Assembly: GCF_001194135.2 (NCBI RefSeq)
Contig: NC_068986.1
Span: forward strand, 25,281,571-25,342,413
Direction: 5' to 3'
DNA: 60,843 nt
From: Octopus bimaculoides
Lineage: Eukaryota
Both the position numbers and the translations under genes were made by a program. Of this stretch, positions 33,186-47,572 are shown piece after piece; the stretch's first letter is position 1, and each line of letters starts with the position of its first letter. The notes beneath the pieces are model-generated. The model saw nothing but the letters and a program-made list of their open reading frames with translations. It had not been told where the DNA came from and made no database searches.

Positions 33186-33634
33186 GTAAGTTATTCTTAA
33201 TTGTTAAATTTCCTAACTGTAATTCCTCAGAGTATCATGTACTTATTCTAGTGTCACACACACACAATTTTGCATGAAGTAGCATTGAATAAAATATGTT
33301 TGTGTATAGTAATATTTAACAAGTTCAAATGTATTCCAATGTGAGAATTCCTTCTGCTGCAGAAAGAGTTCCAAGAGAAAATCCTCATCCTAGACATGTG
33401 CGAAAATGCATTTGGAGCTGTAAATAATGCCATAGGATTATGGGACACATGTATTTCTGCTTCTTTTTGCTTTGTCAGCTATGAAAATCATCATCATCGT
33501 CATTTAACATCTGTTGTTCATGCTGGCATGGGGTGGATGGTTTGACCAGAACTGGCAAGTTGGGGTGCTGCACCAGACTCCAGTCTAATTTGGCATGGTT
33601 TTTCTCTCTCTCTCTCTCCCTCTCTCCCTCTCTA

Positions 33635-33722
<88 letters not shown>

Positions 33723-36700
33723 ACAGATACACACTTGCATGTGTGATCACACATACACACACCTCATACATACACACTCAGGCACACATATATGTATCCA
33801 TAAATTTTTAATTGTAATTATGTTTATAATGATCTTTTTTTTTTCTTAGGTTTTACCTGGAGAAACAGCTTTGGCTTTCTATTCAGCAAAGAATCCAACT
33901 GACAAACCTATTATCGGTATATCTACTTATAATATTATTCCATATGAAGCTGCAATGTATTTTAATAAGATTCAGGTAAGCCCTTTTGAAATTACACATT
34001 TTATCTTTGAAAGATAGAACAGACTGGTGTCATGCAACTATTACCCATACTTGTGGCATGTAAAAGCCCCTATTACACTCTTGTAGTGGTTGACATTACA
34101 AAAAGCATCCAGCTGTAGAAACCATGCCAAATCAGACTGGAGTCTTGTGTGGCCCCTCAGCTTACCAGCCCTGGTCAAGCCGTCCAACCCATGCCAGCAT
34201 GGACAATGGATGATGAAGATGGACAGTTTATACTGTTATATTTCTTTTTTTCTTTAATAGTTGTGCTGGTGGCCAATAATAAGCACCATTCAAGTGTGGG
34301 TCGCTGCCAGTGCCGCCTGACTGGCTCCCCGTACCAGTCGTGCATAAAAAGCACCATCCAAACATGGTCGATGCTAGTGCCACCTGACTGGCTCCTGTGT
34401 TGGTGGCATGTAAAAAGCACCCACTACACTCTCAGAGTGGTTGGTGTTAGGAAGGGCATCCAGCTGTAGAAACCTTGCCAGATCAGATTGGAGCTTGGTG
34501 CAGCCTTCTGGCTTGCCAGTCCCCAATCAAACCACCCAACCCATGCCAGTATGGAAAACGGACGTTAAAACGATGATGATGAGTTGTCTGCTTCTAGGTC
34601 ATTTGCATCACAGAACTTCAAAAGTCTTGATGTCTTTTAAATCTTGCTTCATAACCACAACCTGCAAGTCTACAGGAAATGTCATCATGTTGTTGGTCAT
34701 GCTGAATATGCAGACAAGGGGTTGGTAGAAATTCTATACTGTGTACTCAGAGTAACGCACCTGAATTGTAATGGGTTTACAAGCTGGCTAATGGAGAAAG
34801 TAGACTTCATATGTAGCTGTTGTATAGGGGCATTATGCACTATGTGCACACAGAATATAGATTGTTTTGAATGCTTGGAAGGCTCCTTAGCAGTGGCTGA
34901 TTGCTTTTGTTAGACAGGTGACTTTATTAGAAGAGGATGTGTGTTTTTGTAAGCATCGTAGTCAATGTAAGAATGAACTAGAGAAAGTTGAGAGAGAGTT
35001 GCTACTGCTACTGGCAACAAAGGGCTTCTTACTCCCTCTCACTTCTGCAATCTCTCTCCTTTCAACTCTCTCTGTTGGTCACAGGGTGGTGGAAACTGAG
35101 GACTCTTTTGACCTGTGGAATACAAGACAACTTTACTGGTTCTACAATATAAATCCCTCAGTACACACTGCAGAGTGGTTGACAAATGAAAGGATACAGT
35201 GTGATTGAGAGGATCCTTTCGCTTTGTTGAGGACATGACAAGCTTCTGGTGTTGGTGTTGGAATTGGTGTCAATGCATGCAATGTTAGTAAAGGTGTCCA
35301 ATCATAGAGACCATACGAAAAATATAATGTATAAAGGAGATGTGGGCTTCTCCAGTCCATTTCAAAGGGTAGTAACCCTGGGTAAGAACCCATTTGGACC
35401 ATGATATCCTGTTTAACCCATCCAGCATGGAATATCTGCTACTATAGGAGAAAGAACTGTTGGTCAGCAAATTCATTATAGTACCAGATAAATGCTTTGT
35501 GATAATTGTGACTCTTTCCGTTGTAAGTTCAATTCCCACTGTGTCCAAGAAAGATCACTAAAGAATGGGTTAAGAGGGGCTCAAATGGCACCAACTTTAG
35601 AGATGACAATTTGGATTGTAATGAGATCAAGAAGACAGAAAATTGCAGAACTTTCTAGAAGAGTTCTTAAGATGCTGACGGTGTAAGGGTGGTTTTTTTT
35701 ATTACACTAATCACTTATTGTCTCAATAGTTATGAATCTATGACATTTCTGTGTAGCACCTTCGGCAGATGTCTTGTGAAGGAATTTGGTTGACAGAAAA
35801 TGTGGAAGTCCAAGGTGGCGAGCTGGTAGAAACGTTAGCATGCTGGGCGAAATGCTTAGCGGTATTTGGTCTGCCGCTACGTTCTGAGTTCAAATTCCGC
35901 CGAGGTTGACTTTGCCTTTCATCCTTTCAGGGTCAATTAAATAAGTACCAGGTATGCACTGGGGTCGATATAATCGACTTAATCCCTTTATCTGTTCGTG
36001 TTTGTCTCCCTGTGTATAGCCCCTTGTGGGTAGTAAAGAAATAAGAAACGTTAGCACGCTGGGCGAAATGCTTAGCGGTATTTCGTCTGCCGCTATGTTC
36101 TGAGTTCAAATTCCGCCGAGGTCGACTTTGCCTTTCATCCTTTAGTGGTCGATTAAATAAGTACCAGTTATGCACTGGGGTCGATATAATTGACGTAATC
36201 CGTTTGTCTGTCCTTGTTTGTCCCCTCTGTGTGTAGCCCCTTGTGGGCAGTAAAGAAATAAGAAAATGTAGAAGTCCTTTGTGTGTGTGTGTGTGTGTGT
36301 GTGCATCTTTGCGTCTGTGTTTGTTACCCTCCCCTACCACTTGATAACCATGTTGTTTGGTTACTTCCTCATAGCTTAGCAGTTCAGTAAAAGAGATTGA
36401 TAGAATAAATACCAGATTTAGGAAGAAACATAAGTACTGGGGTCGATTTTTTTCTGCCAAAATTCTTCAAGGTAGGCTTGTAGCATGGCCACAGTCCAAT
36501 AACAAAAACAAATAAAAGATAAAAAATAAAACCCAAGAAGAAAAATATATAAAATACATTGGAAAAAAATTTGCTTCATACTAGTCAAAGTATAAGTTAT
36601 CTCCCTTGTACCATATTACCATATGCTAGTGTAATTTTAGACTAGAGTTTCATGAAGTAATTTTTGAGGAATCACAGGGATTCTTTGAAAAATTCTGGGG

Positions 36701-39700
36701 TTCGTAGATAAGGCACCTTTTGATAAAATTTATTTTATTCACTATTTTCAAAATAATAAATTATATGTTCTCTAGGTGATGTGGTTGGTGTTAGGAAGGA
36801 CATCCAGCCATAAAAACTTTGCCAAAGCAGACAGGGAAGCCAAGTACAGTCTTCTGGCTTGCCAGGCCCTGTCAAACCGTCCAACCCATGCCAGCATGGA
36901 AAGCAGACGTTAAATGATGATGATGATGATGTTTGCTTCTTTATTTAATATTTGAAGAAATACTCTCTCTGAAACAGTTTTTGTTTGTCTTTAAAATAAA
37001 AATGTGGGGTTCCATAAATTTTAGATAACCGTTCAAGGGAATCACTATGTTAGATTAAAAAGGCTAATCATAGAACGTTTGAAGATGATGACAACTGTTT
37101 TGGTAATTATGCTAATGAGGCTGATGATAATCATAATAATCACTGTCATCATCATCATCTTCATCATCATACCTTTGATCTTCTGGCTGGCATGAGCAGG
37201 ATGGTTAAACAGGATTCATTGGGTTGGAGGATCACATCTTATCCCAATGTTTCATTTTTAGCATCATTTCTAAGGTTGGATACCTTAATAACCACCATCT
37301 GCCTATGCCTCCCCGCTGCCCCTGGTTGGGGTACATAGGCAGAGATGATGTTTGCTGTGCAACTCTGTGAACTACTCTAAGTTTAAGTGTCCTATCACTT
37401 ACTCTGTCTACCTCAATCACCTTATTGACCCATTTCTCTGCTAGAATTATGCCCATACCTCCTACCCTGTCACTGCCCCCCCCCCCCACCACCAAAGAGT
37501 TTGTACCTGTGCCTCTTGCCTATGAGGAACCTGGCAGAAGATCCTCTCCACCTTACTTCTTCATGCAACACACATCAACATGTCTCTGTTCAAGCATCTC
37601 AACAATCTCACCAGACCTACCTTTCAATGTACCTACAACGATAGTGCCAACTCTGAGGAAATGTACAGGGAGCCAGGAGATAACATGGGGCAGGAGAACT
37701 GCATCTTTCAACATCCGAAAAGAAGGTTCTAATGGGTGTTTTCTAACAGACATGTCATATCAGTTGTCCCCACATTTAATAATGAACTTCAATCATATTT
37801 TACCAATGCATCGTGATGGCACCTGTGCCCAGCGTCGCCTTCCTCGCACATGTAAAGACATTCGAGTAAGATCGTTGCCAGTGCCGCTGAACTGGCTCCT
37901 GTGCAGGTGGCACGTAAAATACACCATTTTGAGCGTGGCTGTTGCCAGTACCACCTGACTGGCCTTCGTGCCGGTGGCACGTAAAAGCACCCACTAAACT
38001 CTCGGAGTGGTTGGCGTTAGGAAGGGCATCCAGCTGTAGAAACTCTGCCAAATCAGATTGGAGTCTGGTGTAGCCATCTGGTTCTCCAGTCCTCAGTCAA
38101 ATCGTCCAACCCATGCTAGCATGGAAAGTGGACGTTAAACAATGATAATGATGATGATGAATATCATATTCTATACATAACACTGTTGTTAGACGATGTA
38201 CAGGGGTGCTGAAAACTTCCTGGCTTTAGGAAAAAGAAAGTACAGGAGGAACAGTTAATTATGATTTTATTCAACATATTCCCCTCTCAGATTCACACGC
38301 TTATTGCAGCGGTCCTTCAGTTTTTCTAAGCCTTGTAAAAGGTTGGGCCTCCAACCAAGCTTTTGTGATATCCTTAAAACTAGGAACTTTTCAGCTCTCC
38401 CTTGTATATATGCCTGGGTGTGACAGAGAGAGGGAGAGGACATGTAGTTCAGTTATATGAGATAGTGGGGTTATTGATTATGTGCTCTCACTAACTTGAG
38501 AAGTTTTAGCACAAAACATTCTTCATAGCAAACCTAAATAGGTTTATATATACTCTTTTCTACTCTAGACACAAGGCCTGAAATTTTGGGGGAGGGGGGG
38601 CAGTCGATTAGATCAATCCTAGTATGCAACTGGTATTTAATTTACTGGCCCCAAAAGGATGAAAGGCAAAGTCAACCTTGGCGGAATTTGAACTCAGAAT
38701 AAGTAAGAGGCACAGGTACAAACTCTTTGGTGGGGGGAGGGGGAACACAGAAAACTGGAAATTAGCAGCATTGTTTGGATGAAGGTGATGCTTGTTTACA
38801 ACAATTACATGTTAAGACATGGGTACACACACATACACACACACCAGCACATATACACACAAACACACACAGACACATACATGTATATATATATATATGT
38901 ATGTATATATTAAGAAAAAGGAGGTAGTCAGAATTTTGAAGAATTATTTATTTAGCACTTTTGTCTTGTTTTGGAGAATCATCAGAAATGAGACGAATGT
39001 GCTAAATAAATAATTATTCAAAATTCTAGCTACCTCCTTTTCATTAATATATAAAACCTGTACACCACCTCAAACAATCTATATATATGTATATATGGGG
39101 TCTATTTCTAGCAGACTGATGTTGTAATCATTCAACACCCTTATTATAATTTTAATATAAATTAACCATTATGGTATTTTAGTATGCTGGCCACTGATAA
39201 ATCATTAAATAATGACTTTATCCTAATTACATATAATATATGCATGTACTCAAAATTAGGAGTAGATAGGCAGCCAACAACTGATGAAGGGTCGTTCATT
39301 GTGTTACTTGTCCTGTTTTCCATTATTCCTCTCGTTGTTTGTGTATTTAACCCATTTGTTTTTGTATTTCATGTTGTTTGATGTTAGTGACGTCCTCTAC
39401 CTGTACATGCATGACCTCTGCCAGAAGTGTGGCCAGCTCACTTATTCGTATCTTTACTTCATTGGACACTAAACTCTACTTGTTTTGTTCGCTATATATA
39501 TTGGAAGATTTCATCCGTCAAAAACTCATGGAAGATTTCCAATGGTGAACTTCCATGTTCAAGATTTGCCTTCATGACAGGCATACCAGTTAACCTAAGC
39601 CATTGGTTGAAATTGTCTCTCCCTTGCCAATGGTCGTGTGGCAAGTGAGAGACAATGGAAGTTCACCATTGGAAATCTTCCACGAGTTTTTGACGGATGA

Positions 39701-42700
39701 AAGTGAATGGTCCTGTTGTCCAAGACCATTCACTACTGCCCACTTGTACCTTTGATTCACCGGAATATCATCATCGCTATTGGAATCATCTGATTCTGAA
39801 CTAGAAAAATACTCAGTCTCGGAGTCATCATCCGAACCGTAAGAAACAACTGGTGAAGTGGTGGAGCTTGGTGTAACTTGGCACAACGACTGTTAATTGG
39901 ACAAAACAAGATGCAGCGACAAAGTTGATGGAACCGGAGTGGTAGGATGCAATGACTATAAATTCGAGAAAACAGGACGTGATGGTGAAGTTGACAGAGC
40001 CGGAGTTGCTGGACCAGTCTATTGGGTTGTAGATATTTACAAGAAGCATCTAATCAGCCAATCAATTGGCAGTTGGACCACTACTAACTCAAGCAACAGG
40101 TTCTAAGTCAGGCAGTGTGTAATTACGATTTAAAGCCTGTACATTGCGTACGTAAATTTAGATCAACCATTTTTCAAGTGTAAAGAAAAAAGAAAGAAAT
40201 ATTGACTTTGTAAAAGTTGAATGAATCATATTCTATAATGTAAAGTCAGTCTTCTGGAAATATCCTACTAATCTGGGTTTTTTTTCTCTTTAGCTACTGA
40301 TCATATCCATTTAAAACTCTTTTTTTACTCTTTTACTCTTTTACTTGTTTCAGTCATATGACTGTGGTCATGCTGGAGCACCGCCTTTAGTCGAGTAAAT
40401 CGACCCCAGGACTTATTCTATTGGTCTCTTTTGCCGAACTGCTAAGTTACGGGGGATGTAAACACACCAGCATCGGTTGTCAAGCGATGTTGGGGGGACA
40501 AACACAGACACACAAACATACACACATACATATATATATACGTATATACGCTGGGCTTCTTTCAGTTTCCGTCTACCAAATCCACTCACAAGGTTTTGGT
40601 TGGCCCAAGGCTATAGTAGAAGACACTTGCCCAAGGTGCCACACAGTGGGACTGAACCCGGAACCATGTGGTTGGTAAGCAAGCTATTTACCACACAGCC
40701 ACTCCTACGTGTAATTTCTTTTTTTTTTTTTTCATTCACTGGATTTATTTAATAACATAGTAACCTATGTTAATACTCATTGTAATTTCTCCACTTGCCC
40801 ACTTCTATCATTTTTTGTTTTTTTGCTCTATTTACATGCAATGACTGTGCACCAATTCCCTTTTATCATATAATTGAATGGAATAAATTTATTTGTGTTA
40901 TGAACAGTTGTTTTGAATTGCATTTTTAATGCTTTCTTAATTCTTAAATATGCATTGAAATATTTTAAGTAACTTACATTACGTTTCACTAAGCAGTATT
41001 AATTACAATTACAATGTTTTGTAATGCAATATAAGTTTGTTGTTTTGTTAAGATTTATATCCAAAATGACCTCAGTGGATCTTATTGTTCATGTGGCTCA
41101 GCCAATAATGTTGGCAGGAATGAAATGGAATGTGAGAAAATCTATTGAGGTGGCAGAGACTACCATGGAATAAAGAGGTGAAAGATGAAGTGCCGAATAC
41201 ATGGGCTGGATTTGGATAGTTATAGAACAAACTGATATCTCGCTATAATAACAAAAGCAGGTGAAATGTTGTGGCTGATTAAATCTGCTGTCCTGAAGAG
41301 GTGGAACAATAGGGGTTGAAAGCCAATGCACATGAACAGCATGGGAGATAACTGAGCAAAGGGATCTTTCATGGAAAAGGAAGCCTGCTAGGTTTCACTT
41401 CTTCTTGAGAGTGGAGCACAATGTGCTTTTATCCCTAATCGATATTAAATGGTGGGAGTGGAGTGACACAGCTGAATGTCCATCGAAGTAGGAGTTTGGG
41501 AGTTATACATTGTTGGAGAATATTTTGGTAGGTGCAGTTATCTTTTGCAGTGTATGCCTGCTGGTATAATCAAGTCTTGAGTATCCCTACCGATACACTG
41601 AGATAACAGTTCAGTAGTGTCAATGAAATGAGAAACAACACTAAGATTCACCTTGTTATTTTCAAGAGGGAGGGCGAGAAAGGTGAGTGCAAGAGCATTC
41701 ACATATGAAGATCATTAGCCAGACTTCTGTTTTATATTAATGACTGGGAGGTGCTGGTAAATTTGAAGGAAGTACTTCAGTTCCTTACTGATATTGCAAA
41801 AACGAAACCTCTTGACATTGTTTAAATTGACAAAGCAAGTCCTGGTTGTTGAGGTGACAATTCACCATGCAGGTGATTAACGCATGACCTACATTTAGCA
41901 GTGCCAAACAGCACTGGTGTTAGCAGGTAATATTTGGGTTCTTTTAGCATCACAAAGTAATATGGTCTTGCCTTCAATATCTATGCAAGTGCATCGAACC
42001 AGGTGATATTGTAACCACTCCAATTTCTGCTTCACTTTTCACTGAATATTTTATCTTTGGGTGAATAAAATGAAATGCATACATAAATGGAAGGGTCTAA
42101 AATATTTTAAACCCTTCCATTTATGTATGCATTTCAGCTAGGTTTCATTTTCTCTTCAGAGTGGAGTACAATGTGCTTCCATCCCTAACCGATGTTAAAT
42201 GGTAGGAGTGGAAAGACACAGCTATATGTCCATTGAAGTGGGAGCTGTATACATTGTTGGAACATATTTTGGTAGGTGCAATCATCCTTTGCAGTGCATG
42301 CCTGGTGGCATGATCAAGTCTTGAGTATTCCTACCAATACACTGCGATAACAGTTCAGTAGTGTCAATGAAATAACAATCAACACTAAGATTCACCTTGT
42401 TATTTTCAAGAGGGAGGGCGAGAAAAGTGAGTCATTAGCTTGCATTTTTGGCTGTGTTGAAATTGTCTGTGGCCATTGAGTACAATGTGTGCAGCTATGT
42501 AGTTAACCTTCATGTTCAGTTGTCATTTCTTTTTCTTGTCTACTGGTGTTGCTGTATGTGCTATTGTGATATTTCTTTTGTAGGTTTTTGTTATGATGTC
42601 ATGTAGTAAGGTATTATGTGCTCTTGGATTGTATACATTGCACAGGTTTTCCACAAATTCAAATGCAGTGGAAAATCTCATTCTCTCCTGCAGCTGCTAC

Positions 42701-43878
42701 TGTTGGATATTTGCTGTCACTTTTCTAGATTTTGTTTTTTTAGAAAATAAATCTTATTTTATTTATCTTTTGTCCATTACTTGTTTCATTCATTGGATTG
42801 TGGCCACACTGGAGCACTGTCTTGAAGGGTTTTAGTAAAACAAATTGACTCCAGTGTTTATAGTTTTTTTTTTTTTTTTTTTAATTCTGTACCTGTTATG
42901 TCAGTCTCTTTTGCCAAACCATTAAGTTACGGGAATGTAAACAAACCAACACCAGTTGTCACATGGTCATAGTGGTGGGTTGACAAATACAAAGACACAC
43001 ACACATGACAGGCTTCAACGAAGTTTCCATTTACCAAATTTGTTGACAAGGTATTGGTTGGCCTGGGGCTGTAGTAGAAGACGCTTGCCTTAAGTGCTGC
43101 AAAGTGGGATCGAACCTGAAACCATGTAGTCGCAAAGCAAGCCTCTTAACCTCACAGATATTCATGCACCTATTTAGCACATAATATTCAAATCTGTGTT
43201 GGTCTTTGTGCTGTGCTGGGTATTTCCTACATTTTAAAGCTACTGTATTAGTTAGTTGCTGTGTTTTGAGTTGATGTGGAAGAAAACTTTCAACTGCTCA
43301 CATTTCATTACATAAACACATGGGTACATACATGTATACACATACATTCATACATGAAGATACATGTACACATGCAGAGGATAATAATAAATTGTAAAAA
43401 GGATTATTATATTATTAATAATAAGGAAAATAAACATACATAAATAAAAATAAATGAACATAAAATTTAAATCGTTAATTAAAAGCATTAAGCTGAAACT
43501 AAGAAGTTAATTATTATGAATCCTTTTCAGTGGTGTTAGTGGTAGTGCCAAGTAGCTCTGAAAGATTGTCAGATTTACAAGATTAATCCATGAAGGATAA
43601 CATTAGAATGTTAATAAAATAAAAATAGACTTTTCATTCACTTCCATATTCTTTTCAAATTATGCCACTAAAGGAGCAATTGTGATGTGTGTATGTCGTA
43701 TGTTACACGTATAGCCACAGGAGTAGCTGTGTGGTAAGTAGCTTGCTTACCAACCACATGGCTCCGGGTTCAGTCCCACTGCGTGGCATCTTGGGCAAGT
43801 GTCTTCTACTATAGCCTCGGGCCGACCAAAGCCTTGTGAGTGGATTTGGTAGACGGAAACTTAAAGAAGCCCGTCGTC

Positions 43879-43963
<85 letters not shown>

Positions 43964-46900
43964 TTGTGTGTCTGTGTTTGTCCCTCCAACATCGTTTGAC
44001 AACTGATCCTGGTGTGTTTATGTCCCCGTAACCTAGCGGTTCGGCAAAAGAGACTGATAGAATAAGTACTAGGCTTCCATAGAATAAAAGTCCCGGGGTC
44101 GATTTGCTCGACTAAAAGTGGTGCTCCAGCATGGCCGCAGTCAAATGACTGAAACAAGTAAAAGAGAGTAAAAGAGTATAGACTTGTTTTGCTTCTGTAA
44201 TAAGTCTTCTATTTCTGTAGGGAATTCTATAAAATATGGAAGTATTTTCTGTTAATGTTTTCCTATCTAGCTTTGTTTTATGGTGTATATGGTGTTGTGT
44301 ATTGCAAATTGTTCCTTATTTTAAACGCCAGTGAGCCTATAAGAGAATGTAATTGATGATAAAGGAGGAATTTGACAGCCTTGTTGTTCCAAATAAACTA
44401 TAAGGGTTCTACATGCAGATACAAAGCAACATTAAAAAAAAAAAGGATTAAATTAGAACATAGTACTGTTTTCTCTACAGCATATTTAAAATCATAAGCT
44501 GTTCTCCTTGTATACAAACATAAATGTCATTGTCATCATTTAAACCCTGGTTCCTGTATTGGCATGGGTTGGATTGTTTGACAGGGTGTGATCAGTTGGA
44601 AATCTGCATTATGCACCAATGCTAAGATTGGCATGATTTCTACAGCAGGATGCTCATCCAAATGCCAAACACTTTACATTTACAGAGTGTACTAACTGCA
44701 TTTTTCATAGCACCAGCACTATCATCATCATCGTTTAACATCCGCTTTCCATGCTAGCATGGGTTGGATGATTTGACTGAGTACTATTGAACCGGATGGC
44801 TGCACCAGGCTCCAATCTGATTTGGCATAGTTTCTACAGCTGGATGCCCTTCCTAATGCCAACCACTCCAAGAGTGTAGTGGGTGCTTTTACATGCCACC
44901 AGCACGAGGGCCAGTCACGCGGTACTGGCAACAGCCACGCTCAAAATGGTGTTTTTTACGTGCCACCTACACAGGAGCCAGTCCAACGGCACTGGCAATG
45001 ACCTTGCTTGAATGATTTTCTAAACATGCCACCGGCACAAGTGCCAGTAAGGCGACGCTGGTAACGATCACGCTCAAATGGTGCTATTTACGTGCCACTA
45101 GCACGGAAGCCAGACAGCTGCTCTGGCAATGATCACGCTCGGACGGTGCTGTTAGTGCTCCACTGGCACGGGAGCCAGTCATCGAATATGGTTCAATTAC
45201 GATTTCGATTTCATTTGCTCCAACAGGTCTTCGCAAGCAGAGTTTAGTGTCCAATGAAGGAGAGGATGGCATGGGTGCCAGTCGTCGAATTTGGTTCGAT
45301 TTCGATTTCAAATTCACTTGCCTCAACAGGTCTTTGTAAGCAGAGTTTAGTGTCCAATGAAGTAAAGATACGAATAAGGGAGCTGGCTACACTTCTGGCA
45401 GAGGCCACAAATTATGCTCTCAATTGGCTTGCCGGGTCTTCTCACGTAATGCATATTTCCAAAGGTCCCGGTCACTGGTCATTGCCTAAAGTTCGAAGGT
45501 TGTGCTTCACCACCTCATCCCAGGTCTTCCTGGGTCTACCTCTTCCACAGGTTCCCTCAACCGCTATAATACATTTCGTTTTTTGCCTGTTGTTGGTTGT
45601 GTACAGAGTATCATGGTTTGGTATACATATATATATATAGGGTCGCAAAGTGAGCACCTTAACCACACAGCCATACCTGCACCCACACACACACCCACAT
45701 GCATATCTTACTTTTACTTTTATTTATTTCACTCATTTGACTGAGGTGTAGGAGTGGCTGTGGTAAGTAGCTTGCTTACCAACCACATGGTTCCAGGTTC
45801 AGTCCCACTGCGTGGCACCTTGGGCAAGTGTCTTCTACTATAGCCTCGGGCCGACCAAAGCCATGTGAGTGGATTTGGTAGACGGAAACTGAAAGAAGCC
45901 CGTCGTATATATGTACATAAATATATATGTATGTGTGTGTATATGTTTGTGTGTCTGTGCTTGTCCCCTCCAACATCGCTTGACAACTGATGATGGTGTG
46001 TTTATGTCCCCCGTAACTTAGCGGTTTGGCAAAAGAGACTGATAGAATAAGTACTAGGCTTACAAAGAATAAGTCCTGGGGTTGATTTGCTCGACTAAAG
46101 GCTGTGTTCCAACATGGCCACAGTCAAATGACTAAAAGAGTATATATATATGTATGTATTAAATTACTACAAGACGATATCAATTAAACCTTTTAAAAAT
46201 ACTACTTTACCTCACATAGCAAAAAAAGTATACTTATTTCAATACACGTTGATAGCATTGCAGCGACACTTCATCTAAGGAAAGACTTAGAGGCAAAACT
46301 AAATATGAGAATATTGTTATTTATGTACTTGCTGGTCTGTAACAGCTGGGTTTTTTTTTTTATAAAATTTGCAATGAAAATCTCTCCCCTCATTAAGTGT
46401 AAATCTAATTATAGAAAAGAATGAAATGCCCACTGATGAAATGAAAGGAATTAAACTCTAATTTGTGCCCATGATTATTAAACCATAATGCTGTGAATAT
46501 GATTTTACTATCAAATAGAAATATATACTTTCTACAGTGTAATGGACTTTGTCAATTAAACTTTTGTAATACATATAAGCTAGCATTACAGTGATCCGAC
46601 ATCAAAAGCTTAGAGAAATAATTACACACATATGCGCACTCACACATACATATGTTTTGTTTGTTTGTGTGTGTGTGTTGGTAAATTGAGCAGAAACAAC
46701 AGCGAATTCTTTAGTATTGCTGAGAGTATGAGAAACTTTCTAGTGTAGGTGCCATGGTGAAATGCACCCAGTACACATGGTAAAGTGGTTGGTGTTTGGA
46801 AGGGTATCAAGCCTTAGAATTGAGATGTATGTGTGAGGTGTGACATTCTGACTCATCTGTGAGGACAGTGGCCCCAAATAAGAACCTATTTGAGATATAA

Positions 46901-47498
46901 TGATCTGTCCACTCCATGCCAGTATTAAAAAAGGTCATAAAATGATTGTGTGTGCGTGTGTAAAAAAAAACAAAAACAGGTGCGTTTTCAATTGTGATGA
47001 CAAGGGTTCCTGTTGATTCAGTCAAGTGAACAGTCTGCTCATGAAATTAACATACCATGTGGCTGAGTGCTCCACAGATACGTATACCCTTAATGCAGTT
47101 CTCGGGGAAATTCAGCGTGACACAGAGTGTGACAAGGCCGGCCCCTTTGAAATACAGGTGCAAGTCATTTTTGTCAGCTGAGTGGATTGGCACAATGCAA
47201 AATAAAGTGTCTGATCAAGGACACAATGTGCCACTTGATTTTGAACTCCCAACCTTACGATCATGAGCCGAGTACCCCTAACCACCAAGCCACATGCCAT
47301 CACTTCTATATGTATATATGTATGTAAGTATGTGTGTGTGTACAGAGCAGTTGATGTTAGGATGGGCAGCCAGCCATAAAAGCCATGCCAAAACACACTC
47401 AGAAGCATGGCACAGGTTCCTGCCTGGCCAGCTTCTGTCAAACTGTCCAACCCATGCCAGCATGGAAGACATTACACAATGTTGATGATAATATATGT

Positions 47499-47572
<74 letters not shown>

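Noticed and set aside
32514-33200. 228-aa ORF in the track
   Set aside because: A chance read-through of microsatellite and SINE sequence into the real COX11 exon; only 33030-33185 is coding.
34620-35690. GC-richer, SINE-free kilobase that may be a decayed retroelement ORF
   Set aside because: I could not recover any diagnostic motif in any frame; it needs BLASTx/Dfam.
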